Of a stretch of 64,000 nucleotides of DNA, positions 49,801-58,432 are shown piece after piece. The first letter of the stretch is position 1, and every line of letters begins with the position of its first letter. A model generated the notes under the pieces. It ran no database searches, was not told the DNA's origin, and was given only the letters and a program-made list of their open reading frames with translations. The stretch lies in the NCBI GenBank assembly GCA_947499725.1, contig CANMPK010000004.1, positions 211,550-275,549 of the forward strand, given 5' to 3'. This DNA comes from an uncultured Rhodobacteraceae bacterium. Its GTDB lineage: Bacteria; Pseudomonadota; Alphaproteobacteria; Rhodobacterales; Rhodobacteraceae. The position numbers and the translations under genes were made by a program.

Positions 49801-50043
49801 TTACACTTGCGGCCTCCGAACGGAGTTGCCACCAGCAATAATCTGGTTAATGAGTGCCGCAACAGATCGATGCGTTTCCATTTCGCCCTCCGATCCATTT
49901 GCGTTCTCATGGGTTGCTGCGGCGTCGCGAAGAACACATACGATCTCATGCTCCGGCAGCAGTCCGCTATCGTTCATGGCAAGCAGAAGTGCTTCGCAGA
50001 TTGAAAGGGCGGCCTGTCCTGAATGCTCGTTCGCCGTTGACAT
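49801..50043 (-). CDS. Hypothetical protein, 80 aa
   Basis: MSTANEHSGQAALSICEALLLAMND... Stops 24 nt before the desaturase ORF, so probably co-transcribed with it. Confidence 0.65.
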   Translation of the reverse strand: MSTANEHSGQAALSICEALLLAMNDSGLLPEHEIVCVLRDAAATHENANGSEGEMETHRSVAALINQIIAGGNSVRRPQV

Positions 50044-50192
50044 CTTGGAGGTTCCCTTCTTGTTTCGCGATCTAGGTTGAATTCGCGCCGGACCTATCCG
50101 TACTTTTCGCACGAAATGAGCTATGCTGGACTGATCGAGAGCAGTCGAAGAAACCATTTCCACGCGTCTGACGGACCTGTGAAGGAGAAGCT

Positions 50193-50927
50193 ATGACACC
50201 ATTCGTGACCAGCCCGCTCACCCGCAAGCTTTCGGCCTTTGTCGCTTTGTCAAAGGCGGAATTGGATGTGCTCGAGCGCCTACACCAGCGCCGTCGCTCC
50301 TTTGTCGCTGGGCGAGATATGGTGCATCAGGGGCAGTCGGATCAGGCTGCCTATATCCTGTCCGAAGGATGGGTTTGTTCCTACAAGTTCCAGCCTGACG
50401 GGACCCGGCAGATCGTCGATTTCCAGGTGCCAGGGGATTTTCTGGGGTTGCGGAGCGTCCTTTTGCGCACGTCGGACCACAGCTTCGAACCAATCGTCGA
50501 CATCGAGGCTGCGGAAGTGCTTAAGAGCGACCTTCTGAATGCATTCGCGCAGACCCCTCGCCTCGCAACCGCCATACTCTGGGCGGCGTCGCGGGACGAG
50601 GCGATGGTCGTGGAACATCTCGTCGGAATCGGTCGGCGTGATGCGGACGCCCGCATGGCGCATTTCCTGCTGGAGCTGGGATCGCGGCTTGCGCTGGTGG
50701 GCATGGGGACTGAGGATGGGTATGATTGCCCGCTGACCCAGTATCACCTGGCAGATGCCTTGGGACTTAGTGCGATTCACGTGAACCGCGTCCTGCGGCA
50801 GCTCCGTGAACGCGGGCTGGTCACGTTTCGCGGCGGTCGCGTTTCCTTTGAAGACCATCGCGTGCTGGTCGACCTTGCAGAGTTCGATCCGGAATACCTT
50901 GACCAAAATGGTCCACTGTTGAAATGA
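50193..50927 (+). CDS. Crp/Fnr-family transcriptional regulator (HVNR recognition-helix type)
   Basis: cNMP-binding-like domain (GTRQIVDFQVPGDFLG), RMAHFLLEL, and HTH LTQYHLADALGLSAIHVNRVL. GAAGGAG RBS. Confidence 0.92.
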   Translation: MTPFVTSPLTRKLSAFVALSKAELDVLERLHQRRRSFVAGRDMVHQGQSDQAAYILSEGWVCSYKFQPDGTRQIVDFQVPGDFLGLRSVLLRTSDHSFEPIVDIEAAEVLKSDLLNAFAQTPRLATAILWAASRDEAMVVEHLVGIGRRDADARMAHFLLELGSRLALVGMGTEDGYDCPLTQYHLADALGLSAIHVNRVLRQLRERGLVTFRGGRVSFEDHRVLVDLAEFDPEYLDQNGPLLK

Positions 50928-51025
50928 CCTGCGCCGCCCCGTTGATCGACGAGGCGACGTTCTCATTTTTGCCGTGCCTTTGCGCTCGCCTTTATCCGGC
51001 AGAGGTACTCGGAATGTGGATGGGC

Positions 51026-51301
51026 TCAGTCGTCTTCGTTGTCCGAATTGAGCGAATCTAGGCGCTGAAAGACGTTTGCGAGCGTGAGCGTGCCGCATTC
51101 GGTTGGCGACAGCTCAGCTGATTTCTCAAGTTTTGTGCAGGGGCGCACTATGTCCTCCGTTTGTGGTAGTGGAAGTGGTTGGGGGTAAAGGCTTTCCGCC
51201 TGTCCGGCAGCAGCCAAGGAGGCGAAGATCACAGCCGACCCGAAGCGTAGCTTCAGTCGGGCAATCCGGGCAGTCGAGAAAATTTTCGGATTAGAATTCA
51301 T
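51026..51301 (-). CDS. Small putative exported protein, 91 aa
   Basis: Basic N-terminus plus hydrophobic stretch ending AAAGQA, two Cys, AGGA RBS before ATG 51301. Confidence 0.5.
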   Translation of the reverse strand: MNSNPKIFSTARIARLKLRFGSAVIFASLAAAGQAESLYPQPLPLPQTEDIVRPCTKLEKSAELSPTECGTLTLANVFQRLDSLNSDNEDD

Positions 51302-51458
51302 TGGGTAGTCCTTTCCTAGGCACTTCGAGAATAAGAAGCGTGTCGACATGCCGTCCTTTGGAGATCGACACGCCACCCGCTTCTCGGGTACTCGGAAAAA
51401 TGCACCACCGAATGTTCGGCGGAACGTCTCACCTAAACGGAGTCGGCGCCCCGCCGCA

Positions 51459-51472
51459 CTGACGCAGGTTAG
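51459..51472 (-). promoter_or_regulatory. Crp/Fnr-like box 1 (CTAAC-ctgc-GTCAG on the minus strand)
   Basis: 5-4-5 dyad followed after 23 nt by TAGGTG on the minus strand, upstream of the 51301 gene. Confidence 0.6.
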
Positions 51473-51510
51473 CCCCGACGCTTGCGGCAGGACGGTTGCC
51501 CATGCGCTTC

Positions 51511-51924
51511 TCATTTCACCACAGTTTGCTGGTGGGAAATCCTCAGCCATTTGTCGTCATCGACAAGGTACGTTGACGCGCAGAGCGCCTTGTAGATCGG
51601 CACGTCGGTTTTTTCAGCCGAGACGCGATAGGTGAGAATGGCAATATCATGACACCGCGTCACGCGCCGTTCGGCCATGACAACGGTGCGCCAGCCTGTA
51701 TTTTCGCGAAGATGGGGCCAGATCTGGTCGCCCTGGAGGATGCCGGGCGGATAGGGGAAGACCATAACGGCGTTGGTTGCCGTGGTCGCCTGCGCACTGT
51801 CGGCGCCGCTGGTCCAGAACTGTTCCTCTATGCCCCAGAGTTTGCCCTGTTCGTGTGGAGAAAGCGTACCGGACTTGTGCGCTGCATGGTCCGGTCTCCT
51901 CGCGGTCGCGGTTGATACGGTCAT
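51511..51924 (-). CDS. NTF2-like / DUF4440-type protein
   Basis: Size and pattern AILTYRVSA...STY...KWLRISHQQT fit the SnoaL/NTF2 fold. ATGA overlap with the upstream gene. Confidence 0.6.
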   Translation of the reverse strand: MTVSTATARRPDHAAHKSGTLSPHEQGKLWGIEEQFWTSGADSAQATTATNAVMVFPYPPGILQGDQIWPHLRENTGWRTVVMAERRVTRCHDIAILTYRVSAEKTDVPIYKALCASTYLVDDDKWLRISHQQTVVK

Positions 51925-52346
51925 TCGCCTGACCCCGACCCGCCAACCATGAACATCTGAAACAGCAGAATGATAATCGTGAGCACTGTCCAGATCGCTC
52001 TGCTTTTGCCCGGGTGGCCGTCTGGGACGGTCGAAGCAGCTCGCTTCAGGCTACCTGACGTCCGGCCTTCGGGAAGCAGCTGGCTCAGGTCTCGTGCGAT
52101 CCTGCCGTGATCGCTGGCGAGCGCAGGTACGTCTTCAAATCGGGCAAGCAGCGTTCCCAAGCGTGCCTGCGCGGCGTCGTGCCCCAGCATGACCAGTTCA
52201 GCGGTTTCCTTCCATGGATCTAGGCCGAGCTGCGCGAGCGTGGAGAGCACGGTCACGGCATAGCCTTTCCGGTCCTCGCCGACGAACGCATAGAGAAACC
52301 GATCAAACTCCGGCGGGTGCGGGTTGAGAACATTGAGGTCGGCCAT
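51921..52346 (-). CDS. Hypothetical protein with C-terminal TM helix, 141 aa
   Basis: MADLNVLNPHPPEFDRFLYA... with AAGGA RBS, coupled to the DUF4440-type gene. Confidence 0.65.
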   Translation of the reverse strand: MADLNVLNPHPPEFDRFLYAFVGEDRKGYAVTVLSTLAQLGLDPWKETAELVMLGHDAAQARLGTLLARFEDVPALASDHGRIARDLSQLLPEGRTSGSLKRAASTVPDGHPGKSRAIWTVLTIIILLFQMFMVGGSGSGE

Positions 52347-52424
52347 TGCCAATCCTTTCAAGGGTTGCAGGAATGTAGATCATCCCTGTTTTCCAAAGTG
52401 TACGCGCAGGTCGGTTCCCGCGCC

Positions 52425-52438
52425 CTTACACAGGTCAG
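52425..52438 (-). promoter_or_regulatory. Crp/Fnr-like box 2 (CTGAC-ctgt-GTAAG on the minus strand)
   Basis: Followed after 22 nt by TACACT (52402-52397, minus strand), upstream of the 52346 gene. Confidence 0.7.
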
Positions 52439-52486
52439 TGCCCGCAAACCTCTCCAGGGAGTTCGCTACCCGCGCGGCGCCCGGGA

Positions 52487-52500
52487 CTAACATGTGTAAG
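52487..52500 (+). promoter_or_regulatory. Crp/Fnr-like box 3 (CTAAC-atgt-GTAAG)
   Basis: Followed after 22 nt by TACAAA (52523-52528), upstream of the 52619 gene. Confidence 0.65.
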
Positions 52501-52618
52501 CACCAGTCGAACGTTTCCGAAGTACAAAAGGAGAAATCGTTCGACTGGTCAGGTCCGGAATCCAAGGGGCCGTCAACAGTGGCGAGCGACGGATCTGCCA
52601 AAATCGTGGAGGCCAGAG

Positions 52619-52933
52619 ATGAGCTTGCGTTCATCCAGTTTGAGGGTGACTTTCCTGCACCCGTTCAGCCTAGCCGATTTTCCGGACGAACTTCCGGCTG
52701 GGGACTACGAAGTCCTGATTCAGGAACAACTTCTCCGCGGGCAAGGTTTCGAAACGTATCAGAGGACGGCAGCCCATATGACCGTTCCTGGCAGAGGGGA
52801 TCGGGCGGGTTGGATGGAACTGCACAGGATATCAGAGCGCGACCTGAATGAGGCGCTGAGCCGGGATCAGGGTCCGACTGAGATGAACAACCATAGCGAA
52901 GCGGCGCTTTCTCCGCAGGAGGACTTGCAATGA
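52619..52933 (+). CDS. Hypothetical protein, 104 aa (LPAGxYE motif)
   Basis: VTFLHPFSLADFPDELPAGDYEV. ATGA overlap with the next gene. Confidence 0.7.
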   Translation: MSLRSSSLRVTFLHPFSLADFPDELPAGDYEVLIQEQLLRGQGFETYQRTAAHMTVPGRGDRAGWMELHRISERDLNEALSRDQGPTEMNNHSEAALSPQEDLQ

Positions 52934-53274
52934 ATACTCCCGAATGGCTCAAACCCGGCATCTATGGTGCCGTGATCGGTGCTGTCTTTGTCGGCGTCGT
53001 CGGATTTTCATGGGGTGGCTGGGTGACCGGCGGCACTTCGAATGACCGCGCGCTGGCGATGTCTCGTAACGATGTCGTCGCCTCAATGGTACCAGTCTGC
53101 CTCGACATGGCGCGTTCAGACCCGGCTAGGGCGGACAAGCTTGCAACGATCCGGGCAGCCTCGACCTACCAGAGGCGCGACGCTCTCATGACAGCCGGCT
53201 GGGCGACGATGCCAGGAACTGACGCCCCAGACCGAGACATTGCTCAAGCCTGCCTCAAGGAACTGGAACTCTGA
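52930..53274 (+). CDS. Hypothetical membrane-anchored protein, 114 aa
   Basis: N-terminal TM helix (GAVIGAVFVGVVGFSWGGW), two Cys, GGAGG RBS. Confidence 0.75.
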   Translation: MNTPEWLKPGIYGAVIGAVFVGVVGFSWGGWVTGGTSNDRALAMSRNDVVASMVPVCLDMARSDPARADKLATIRAASTYQRRDALMTAGWATMPGTDAPDRDIAQACLKELEL

Positions 53275-53381
53275 GGTCGTGCAGTTCAGAGCCGATGATG
53301 TGATGGCGCAAAACGGGTCGCACCGTCAAACGCGTGAGCTAGGCATCGCACCGAGTGCCGAAACCGAGATAGGAGCTTGCA

Positions 53382-54449
53382 ATGCCTTCTGATGACAATG
53401 GACCGGAAGATCGCGGACCTTGGAAAAACAAGCAGACCCGCGGTCCCCCTGAGGTTGACGCAGTTCTCAGGCGGGGTCGGGATCGGCTGCACGGCATCCT
53501 GCCGGACGGTCTGCCACCGGTGAAGCGTCTTGCAATCGGGGCCGCCATTGCGCTTGCGGCATTTGGGGCGTGGTCCTCATATTATACGGTGCCGAGCGAC
53601 TCCGTTGCGATTGTCCAACGGTTCGGGAAGTACGCGGCCGAGGTCCCTCCGGGGCTGCACTTCAAGATCCCGTTCGGGATCGACGTGACCACGTTGGTCC
53701 CGGTCAAGCGCCAGCTGAAACAAGAGTTCGGGTTCACGACTCCGGGTGCCTCCGATCCCTATCAGAGCCCGACGGACGGTCGCCGCGAGACCGAGATGGT
53801 GACTGGCGATCTTAACGCCGCGCTCGTGGAGTGGGTGGTGCAGTACCGGATTTCCGAACCTCGGAAATTTCTGTTCGAGGTGCGTGAGCCGAGCGCGACC
53901 CTGCGATACGTCTCGGAGTCCGTCATGCGCGAAGTTGTGGGAGACCGCACAGTAGACGAGGTGATCACCGTCGGACGCCAGGAAATCGAAAGCGAAGCCC
54001 TGATGAAGATGCAGGCGCTCGCGACCAAATACGCGATGGGCATCAGCATCGATCAGGTACAGCTGAAGAACATCAATCCGCCCCAGCCGGTTCAGGCCTC
54101 GTTCAACGAGGTCAACCAGGCACAACAAGAGAAGGAGCGGATCATCAACGAGGCCCGCCGCGAATACAACCGCGTCATACCTCTGGCCGAAGGCGAAAAG
54201 GACCAGCGCATCCGCGAAGCCGACGGTTATCGCTTGAGGAGGATCAATGAAGCCGAGGGCGATGCGGCACGCTTCACGGCGCTCCTGACGGAATACCGTC
54301 TGGCGCCCGAAGTTACCCGGCGCCGGATCTACATCGAAACCCTGCAGGATGTTCTGCCGGGAATTGGCTCCAAGATCATTGTCGACGGGTCCACGGCAAG
54401 CATCCTGCCGCTTTTAAACCTGGATCGACAGACAGGAGATCAACCATGA
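53382..54449 (+). CDS. hflK: FtsH protease modulator HflK (SPFH domain)
   Basis: N-terminal GPW...PPEVD motif, TM helix, PPGLHFK, TGDLN and VQASFNEVNQA motifs. Confidence 0.85.
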   Translation: MPSDDNGPEDRGPWKNKQTRGPPEVDAVLRRGRDRLHGILPDGLPPVKRLAIGAAIALAAFGAWSSYYTVPSDSVAIVQRFGKYAAEVPPGLHFKIPFGIDVTTLVPVKRQLKQEFGFTTPGASDPYQSPTDGRRETEMVTGDLNAALVEWVVQYRISEPRKFLFEVREPSATLRYVSESVMREVVGDRTVDEVITVGRQEIESEALMKMQALATKYAMGISIDQVQLKNINPPQPVQASFNEVNQAQQEKERIINEARREYNRVIPLAEGEKDQRIREADGYRLRRINEAEGDAARFTALLTEYRLAPEVTRRRIYIETLQDVLPGIGSKIIVDGSTASILPLLNLDRQTGDQP

Positions 54450-55534
54450 AGACCCTTTCGCTTATTGCCTCGGGAATCGCGGTTGCCGGGGTCGTCGCTG
54501 TGTCATCCGCCGTCTACACGGTCGGCGAGGTCGAACAGGCCATCATCACCCAGTTCGGCAAGCCGGTCGGCGCGCCGATCACCGAGGCTGGTCTCAAGAT
54601 AAAACTCCCCTTCGTTCAGGAGGTTAACCGGATCGACAGCCGGGTTCTGGAGTGGGACGGCTCGCCATCGGACATGCCCACCAAAGACAAGCTCTATATC
54701 TCGGTCGATCTCTTCGCGCGCTGGAAGATCACCGATCCTCTGCAGTACTTTCTGCGCCTGCGCGACGAGCGCAGCGCCCAGTCGCGCCTCGATGATATCC
54801 TCGGCAGCGAGACGCGGAACGCCGTCGCCAAGCACGAACTCATCGAGATTGTGCGCACGACCAGGGGCCGGACACCGCTTCGGGACACGCTTCTGACTGA
54901 TCAGGAGCTTGCGCAGGACATTGGCGCACTGGTTCCCATCACGAAGGGGCGGGCGCTGGTCGAGCAGCAGATCTTCGAGGCGGCGGCGGAGAAGGTGCGC
55001 GTCTTCGGGATTGAGCTTCTCGACATTCGTTTCAAACGCATAAACTACAATGAGAGCGTGCGACCCAAGATCTATGACCGCATGATCTCGGAGCGCCGGC
55101 AGATCGCCGAAAGATTCCTGTCCGAAGGCAACGGTGAAGCGGCCCGTATTCAAGGCAACAGGGTGCGGGATCTGTACAAGATCCAGTCCGAAGCCTATCG
55201 CGCCGTCGAGGAAATCCGCGGTGCCGCCGATGCCGCAGCAGCGGCAATCTATGCGGGCGCTTACAATGTCGATGCCGTTTCGGTCGAATTCTACGATTTC
55301 ACCCGAACCATGCAGGCCTACGGCGACATGATCTCGGACGACACAACGCTTGTCCTGACGACGGACAGCGATCTGTTCCAGTTCCTGCGCGGCATGCAGG
55401 GCGAGGCAAATCCCTTCCTCGATCCCGGCAGTGACCCGGGCGACGGTGGCGTGGCGTCAACCGGCAGGGCCCGACCAGCGCAAGACCCCGCTACGCCAAT
55501 CTTGACACAGACGGAGGTCGAAGCAGGCCGGTAG
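54446..55534 (+). CDS. hflC: FtsH protease modulator HflC (SPFH domain)
   Basis: QAIITQFGKP, RWKITDPL, YDRMISERRQIA and FYDFTRTMQAY motifs. ATGA overlap with hflK. Confidence 0.88.
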   Translation: MKTLSLIASGIAVAGVVAVSSAVYTVGEVEQAIITQFGKPVGAPITEAGLKIKLPFVQEVNRIDSRVLEWDGSPSDMPTKDKLYISVDLFARWKITDPLQYFLRLRDERSAQSRLDDILGSETRNAVAKHELIEIVRTTRGRTPLRDTLLTDQELAQDIGALVPITKGRALVEQQIFEAAAEKVRVFGIELLDIRFKRINYNESVRPKIYDRMISERRQIAERFLSEGNGEAARIQGNRVRDLYKIQSEAYRAVEEIRGAADAAAAAIYAGAYNVDAVSVEFYDFTRTMQAYGDMISDDTTLVLTTDSDLFQFLRGMQGEANPFLDPGSDPGDGGVASTGRARPAQDPATPILTQTEVEAGR

Positions 55535-55662
55535 GTTCATGTTGGAAGGTTTCAAGCATGAATTGAGGGTATCAATTGGGAAGCACGTCAATGACATCTG
55601 GACCACCGAGGTCGGTTTCTGTCCGCTTCTGAGCAAGACACACCCACTTAAATTCCGTGCCC

Positions 55663-55676
55663 CTAACCTGGGTCAG
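55663..55676 (+). promoter_or_regulatory. Crp/Fnr-like box 4 (CTAAC-ctgg-GTCAG)
   Basis: Followed after 22 nt by TAGGTA (55699-55704), upstream of the 55805 gene. Confidence 0.65.
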
Positions 55677-55804
55677 CGCACGATTTACGCTTGGCTGTTA
55701 GGTAGATGGCAAGAGCTGGATCGCGATGAGGCGAGGGCCTGCCTGCACACGCTCGAGCACACGAGATCCAGCGTCACAGCATGCAGCGTGAAGGATGATA
55801 CGCC

Positions 55805-56284
55805 ATGACATCAGTGAAAAATCTTACCAAGACGGCCGCAGAGACAACCGATCTTGAACGTCGTGTACTGGCCCATGAACGGATCCTGCAAGCTCTGATC
55901 GCCTACATGGCCCGTACGGAGCCGCGGTTCATCGATCATTTGAGAGAACGGTTCGTGGAACCGATGAGATTGACCCGGCACGAACATGACCACCGCGAAA
56001 CCGACGACTACGCGGAAGAGTTCATTCGCGCCGTGATGCTCCTCGGAGAAGTGCGCGCGCCCAACGCGAAGGAGCCGGAGATGACCGAAAAACAACCTGA
56101 GCAACCGAAAAGCAGAGGAGAAAAGGGGTCTTTCATGGACCGGCCAACGCAGCGCGATTGGGTTCAGGTAAACGAAAGAAACGGCATCTGGGAGGTTAAG
56201 GTAGATGGTAAGTTCCGCGGCGACTACCACGAGAAGGAGCATGCCCTTGCGGCTGCGGCCTTGCACAAATTGTCGCCCCGATGA
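55805..56284 (+). CDS. Hypothetical protein, 159 aa
   Basis: GAAGGA RBS, ATGA overlap with the next ORF. Confidence 0.7.
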   Translation: MTSVKNLTKTAAETTDLERRVLAHERILQALIAYMARTEPRFIDHLRERFVEPMRLTRHEHDHRETDDYAEEFIRAVMLLGEVRAPNAKEPEMTEKQPEQPKSRGEKGSFMDRPTQRDWVQVNERNGIWEVKVDGKFRGDYHEKEHALAAAALHKLSPR

Positions 56285-57261
56285 CCGTTAGTACTCATCC
56301 GACAGTCCCACAGGACTTCTCGATCCAGGTGGCCGAGAACGAAGGCATGCCATCGATATCGAACTCCAGGGGCTCCCCGCCAATGCCCGCTCGACGGTTG
56401 ACCGGAACGCTGACGCTAGGGCTATCGAAGACCCGCGCGGCAACCCGCGGACTCTGGTCCGCCAAGGAACAAGTTGCGATGAAACATCCCTTGACGAGGC
56501 TGATCGCGAGGACGGCAGCCATAGCCGGTGTGACCGCCTCTTTCGCCTTTCCCGTGCTTGCGCAGGATGGAACCGGCCCAATGCCGGAGAACGCCCAGCC
56601 GCGCAGCTATGGCGGCGGATGGGTCTGCGATCTAGGTTTCCGTGTGGAGGGCGCCGAATGCCTGCCTCTCGATATCCCTGAGCATGCCTATCCAACCGGG
56701 CGCTCCTACGGGACGGGGTGGGAGTGCGACCGAGGGTACGAGGAGGTGGACGGGACGTCGTGCAATCCCATCCCGGTCCCCGCCAATGCCTTCCTCCGGT
56801 CTTCCGGCTACGATTGGCAATGCGAACGCGGGTTCCGGCAGGAGGACGAGGCATGCGTGCCCATCGTTCTTCCCGAGCGTGCCTACCTGACAGAAGATAA
56901 CTCGGGGACGGGATGGACCTGTGATCGTGGCTATGAAGCTGTTGCAGGGACATGTTTGCCGTTTGCTATGCCAGCGAACGCGTATCTGACCAACGCAAAC
57001 TATGGAGACGCCTGGGATTGCGAGCGAGGCTTCGTCAAGATCGACGACCGATGCGACGCCGTTGTCGTGCCATCGCATGCCTATCTGGACGAGGCATCCT
57101 TTGGACCGGGCTGGAGCTGCGAGCGCGGATACGAGCCGCTGAATGGCGCCTGCGTCGCCATCGATCTGCCAGAGAACGCCTATCTCGACCGATCCGGCAA
57201 CCGGTGGAGCTGCAATCGAGGCTTCCGGCTCTCGGACGGGATGTGCATCCTTGGACGGTGA
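56281..57261 (+). CDS. Secreted cysteine-rich repeat protein (7 two-Cys repeats); likely secreted start ATG 56479
   Basis: Signal peptide MKHPLTRLIARTAAIAGVTASFAFPVLA after AAGGA, then 7 repeats of P-x-x-A-[YFQ]-x(5-7)-W-x-C-x-x-G-[FY]-x(6-7)-C. Confidence 0.8.
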   Translation: MTVSTHPTVPQDFSIQVAENEGMPSISNSRGSPPMPARRLTGTLTLGLSKTRAATRGLWSAKEQVAMKHPLTRLIARTAAIAGVTASFAFPVLAQDGTGPMPENAQPRSYGGGWVCDLGFRVEGAECLPLDIPEHAYPTGRSYGTGWECDRGYEEVDGTSCNPIPVPANAFLRSSGYDWQCERGFRQEDEACVPIVLPERAYLTEDNSGTGWTCDRGYEAVAGTCLPFAMPANAYLTNANYGDAWDCERGFVKIDDRCDAVVVPSHAYLDEASFGPGWSCERGYEPLNGACVAIDLPENAYLDRSGNRWSCNRGFRLSDGMCILGR

Positions 57262-57292
57262 TGCGGATGTTTCTCGTCGTGGCAGGTCCGGC

Positions 57293-58099
57293 ATGCGCGT
57301 CCGCATCGGGTGCCGTCTGCGATACAGCTTCCCGCAGCCGACGCCGCTGATTGCGATGCTGAACGTCCACTACTCGCGCTTTGGCGATCTGGAGCGTGCC
57401 GATTACCTCGTGACGTCGCCAAGCGTGCCGCTCGAAAGCTACCGCGACGGCTTCGGCAACTGGTGTACGCGCCTCCTGGCTCCGGCGGGTGACTTCGCGC
57501 TGTCAACGGATGGCATCTTCCGCGACTATGGTCGACCCGATCCCGCGTCCCCTGGCGCGCAGCAGCACGCGGTCCAGGATCTGCCTTTCGAGACCCTCGT
57601 GTTTCTTCGGGGCAGCCGGTATTGCGATACCGATCTTCTTTCGGAGGAGGCGTGGCGTCTTTTCGAGACCACGGACCCGGGATGGTCACGCGTTCAGGCG
57701 ATCTGCGATTTCGTGCATGGGCATGTCTGCTTCGACTACATGCAGGCGAAAGCGACGCGCACCGCATCGCAGTCAATGGCCGAGCGACAGGGCGTCTGCC
57801 GTGATTTTGCTCACCTCGCCATCGCCTTGTGCCGCTGCATGAATATTCCGGCACGCTACTGCACCGGATATCTGAGCGACATCGGTGAATCTCTGCCTCA
57901 TCCGCCCGAGGACTTTGCGGCGTGGATGGAGGTCTTTCTCGCTGGTGAATGGCACATGTTCGACCCGCGGAACAACAAGCCTAAGTTTGCGAGAATTCTG
58001 ATCGCGCGGGGCCGCGATGCCGCTGACGTCCCGCTGACCCAGACATTTGGTCAGAACACGCTGACGGAGTTCAAGGTTTGGACTGATAATCTGGTGTGA
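57293..58099 (+). CDS. Transglutaminase-like family protein
   Basis: Catalytic GVCRDFAHLAIALCR, PARYCTGYL and FDPRNN motifs. Start MRVRIG at 57293. Confidence 0.88.
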   Translation: MRVRIGCRLRYSFPQPTPLIAMLNVHYSRFGDLERADYLVTSPSVPLESYRDGFGNWCTRLLAPAGDFALSTDGIFRDYGRPDPASPGAQQHAVQDLPFETLVFLRGSRYCDTDLLSEEAWRLFETTDPGWSRVQAICDFVHGHVCFDYMQAKATRTASQSMAERQGVCRDFAHLAIALCRCMNIPARYCTGYLSDIGESLPHPPEDFAAWMEVFLAGEWHMFDPRNNKPKFARILIARGRDAADVPLTQTFGQNTLTEFKVWTDNLV

Positions 58100-58227
58100 T
58101 CTTTGTCTTCTTGGCGGCGCGCCATCGTAAATCGGGTCGCCAGCCCCCATATAGGTGGTACCGATGCTAGGCATCCCGGTCCGACATGGACGAGGAGTTG
58201 GCACCGGCCAATCAAAGGATCGATGAT

Positions 58228-58356
58228 ATGTCCTTCAAGGACCTGACCGCCAGGGCTGCGGCCGCAATGAAGCTGAAGCCTGCGAAAACCCCTGCCAAAG
58301 AGAACGAGTCCAAGGCCGTTGGCAAGGAAGCACCAGCGAAATCCAAGACATCTTGA
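58228..58356 (+). CDS. 42-aa Lys/Ala-rich small protein (below the ORF-track cutoff)
   Basis: MSFKDLTARAAAAMKLKPAKTPAKENESKAVGKEAPAKSKTS with AAAGGA RBS 8 nt upstream. Confidence 0.6.
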   Translation: MSFKDLTARAAAAMKLKPAKTPAKENESKAVGKEAPAKSKTS

Positions 58357-58432
58357 GACTTGCACCGGCCACGCGCCCCATTCTCAACGGGCGCGCGGAC
58401 CACCCACAGCAACAAGGGAAAGGTCCATTCTA

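Noticed and set aside
50044-50171. A sixth Crp/Fnr-like box driving the 80-aa gene/desaturase operon
   Set aside because: I checked 22-23 nt upstream of each TA on both strands and found no CTRAC-N4-GTMAG match. The same holds upstream of hflK, groES and the 58228 gene, so those are not claimed as direct targets.
55539-55808. 89-aa ORF between hflC and the 159-aa gene
   Set aside because: No RBS or motif, and it spans the predicted promoter with box 4.
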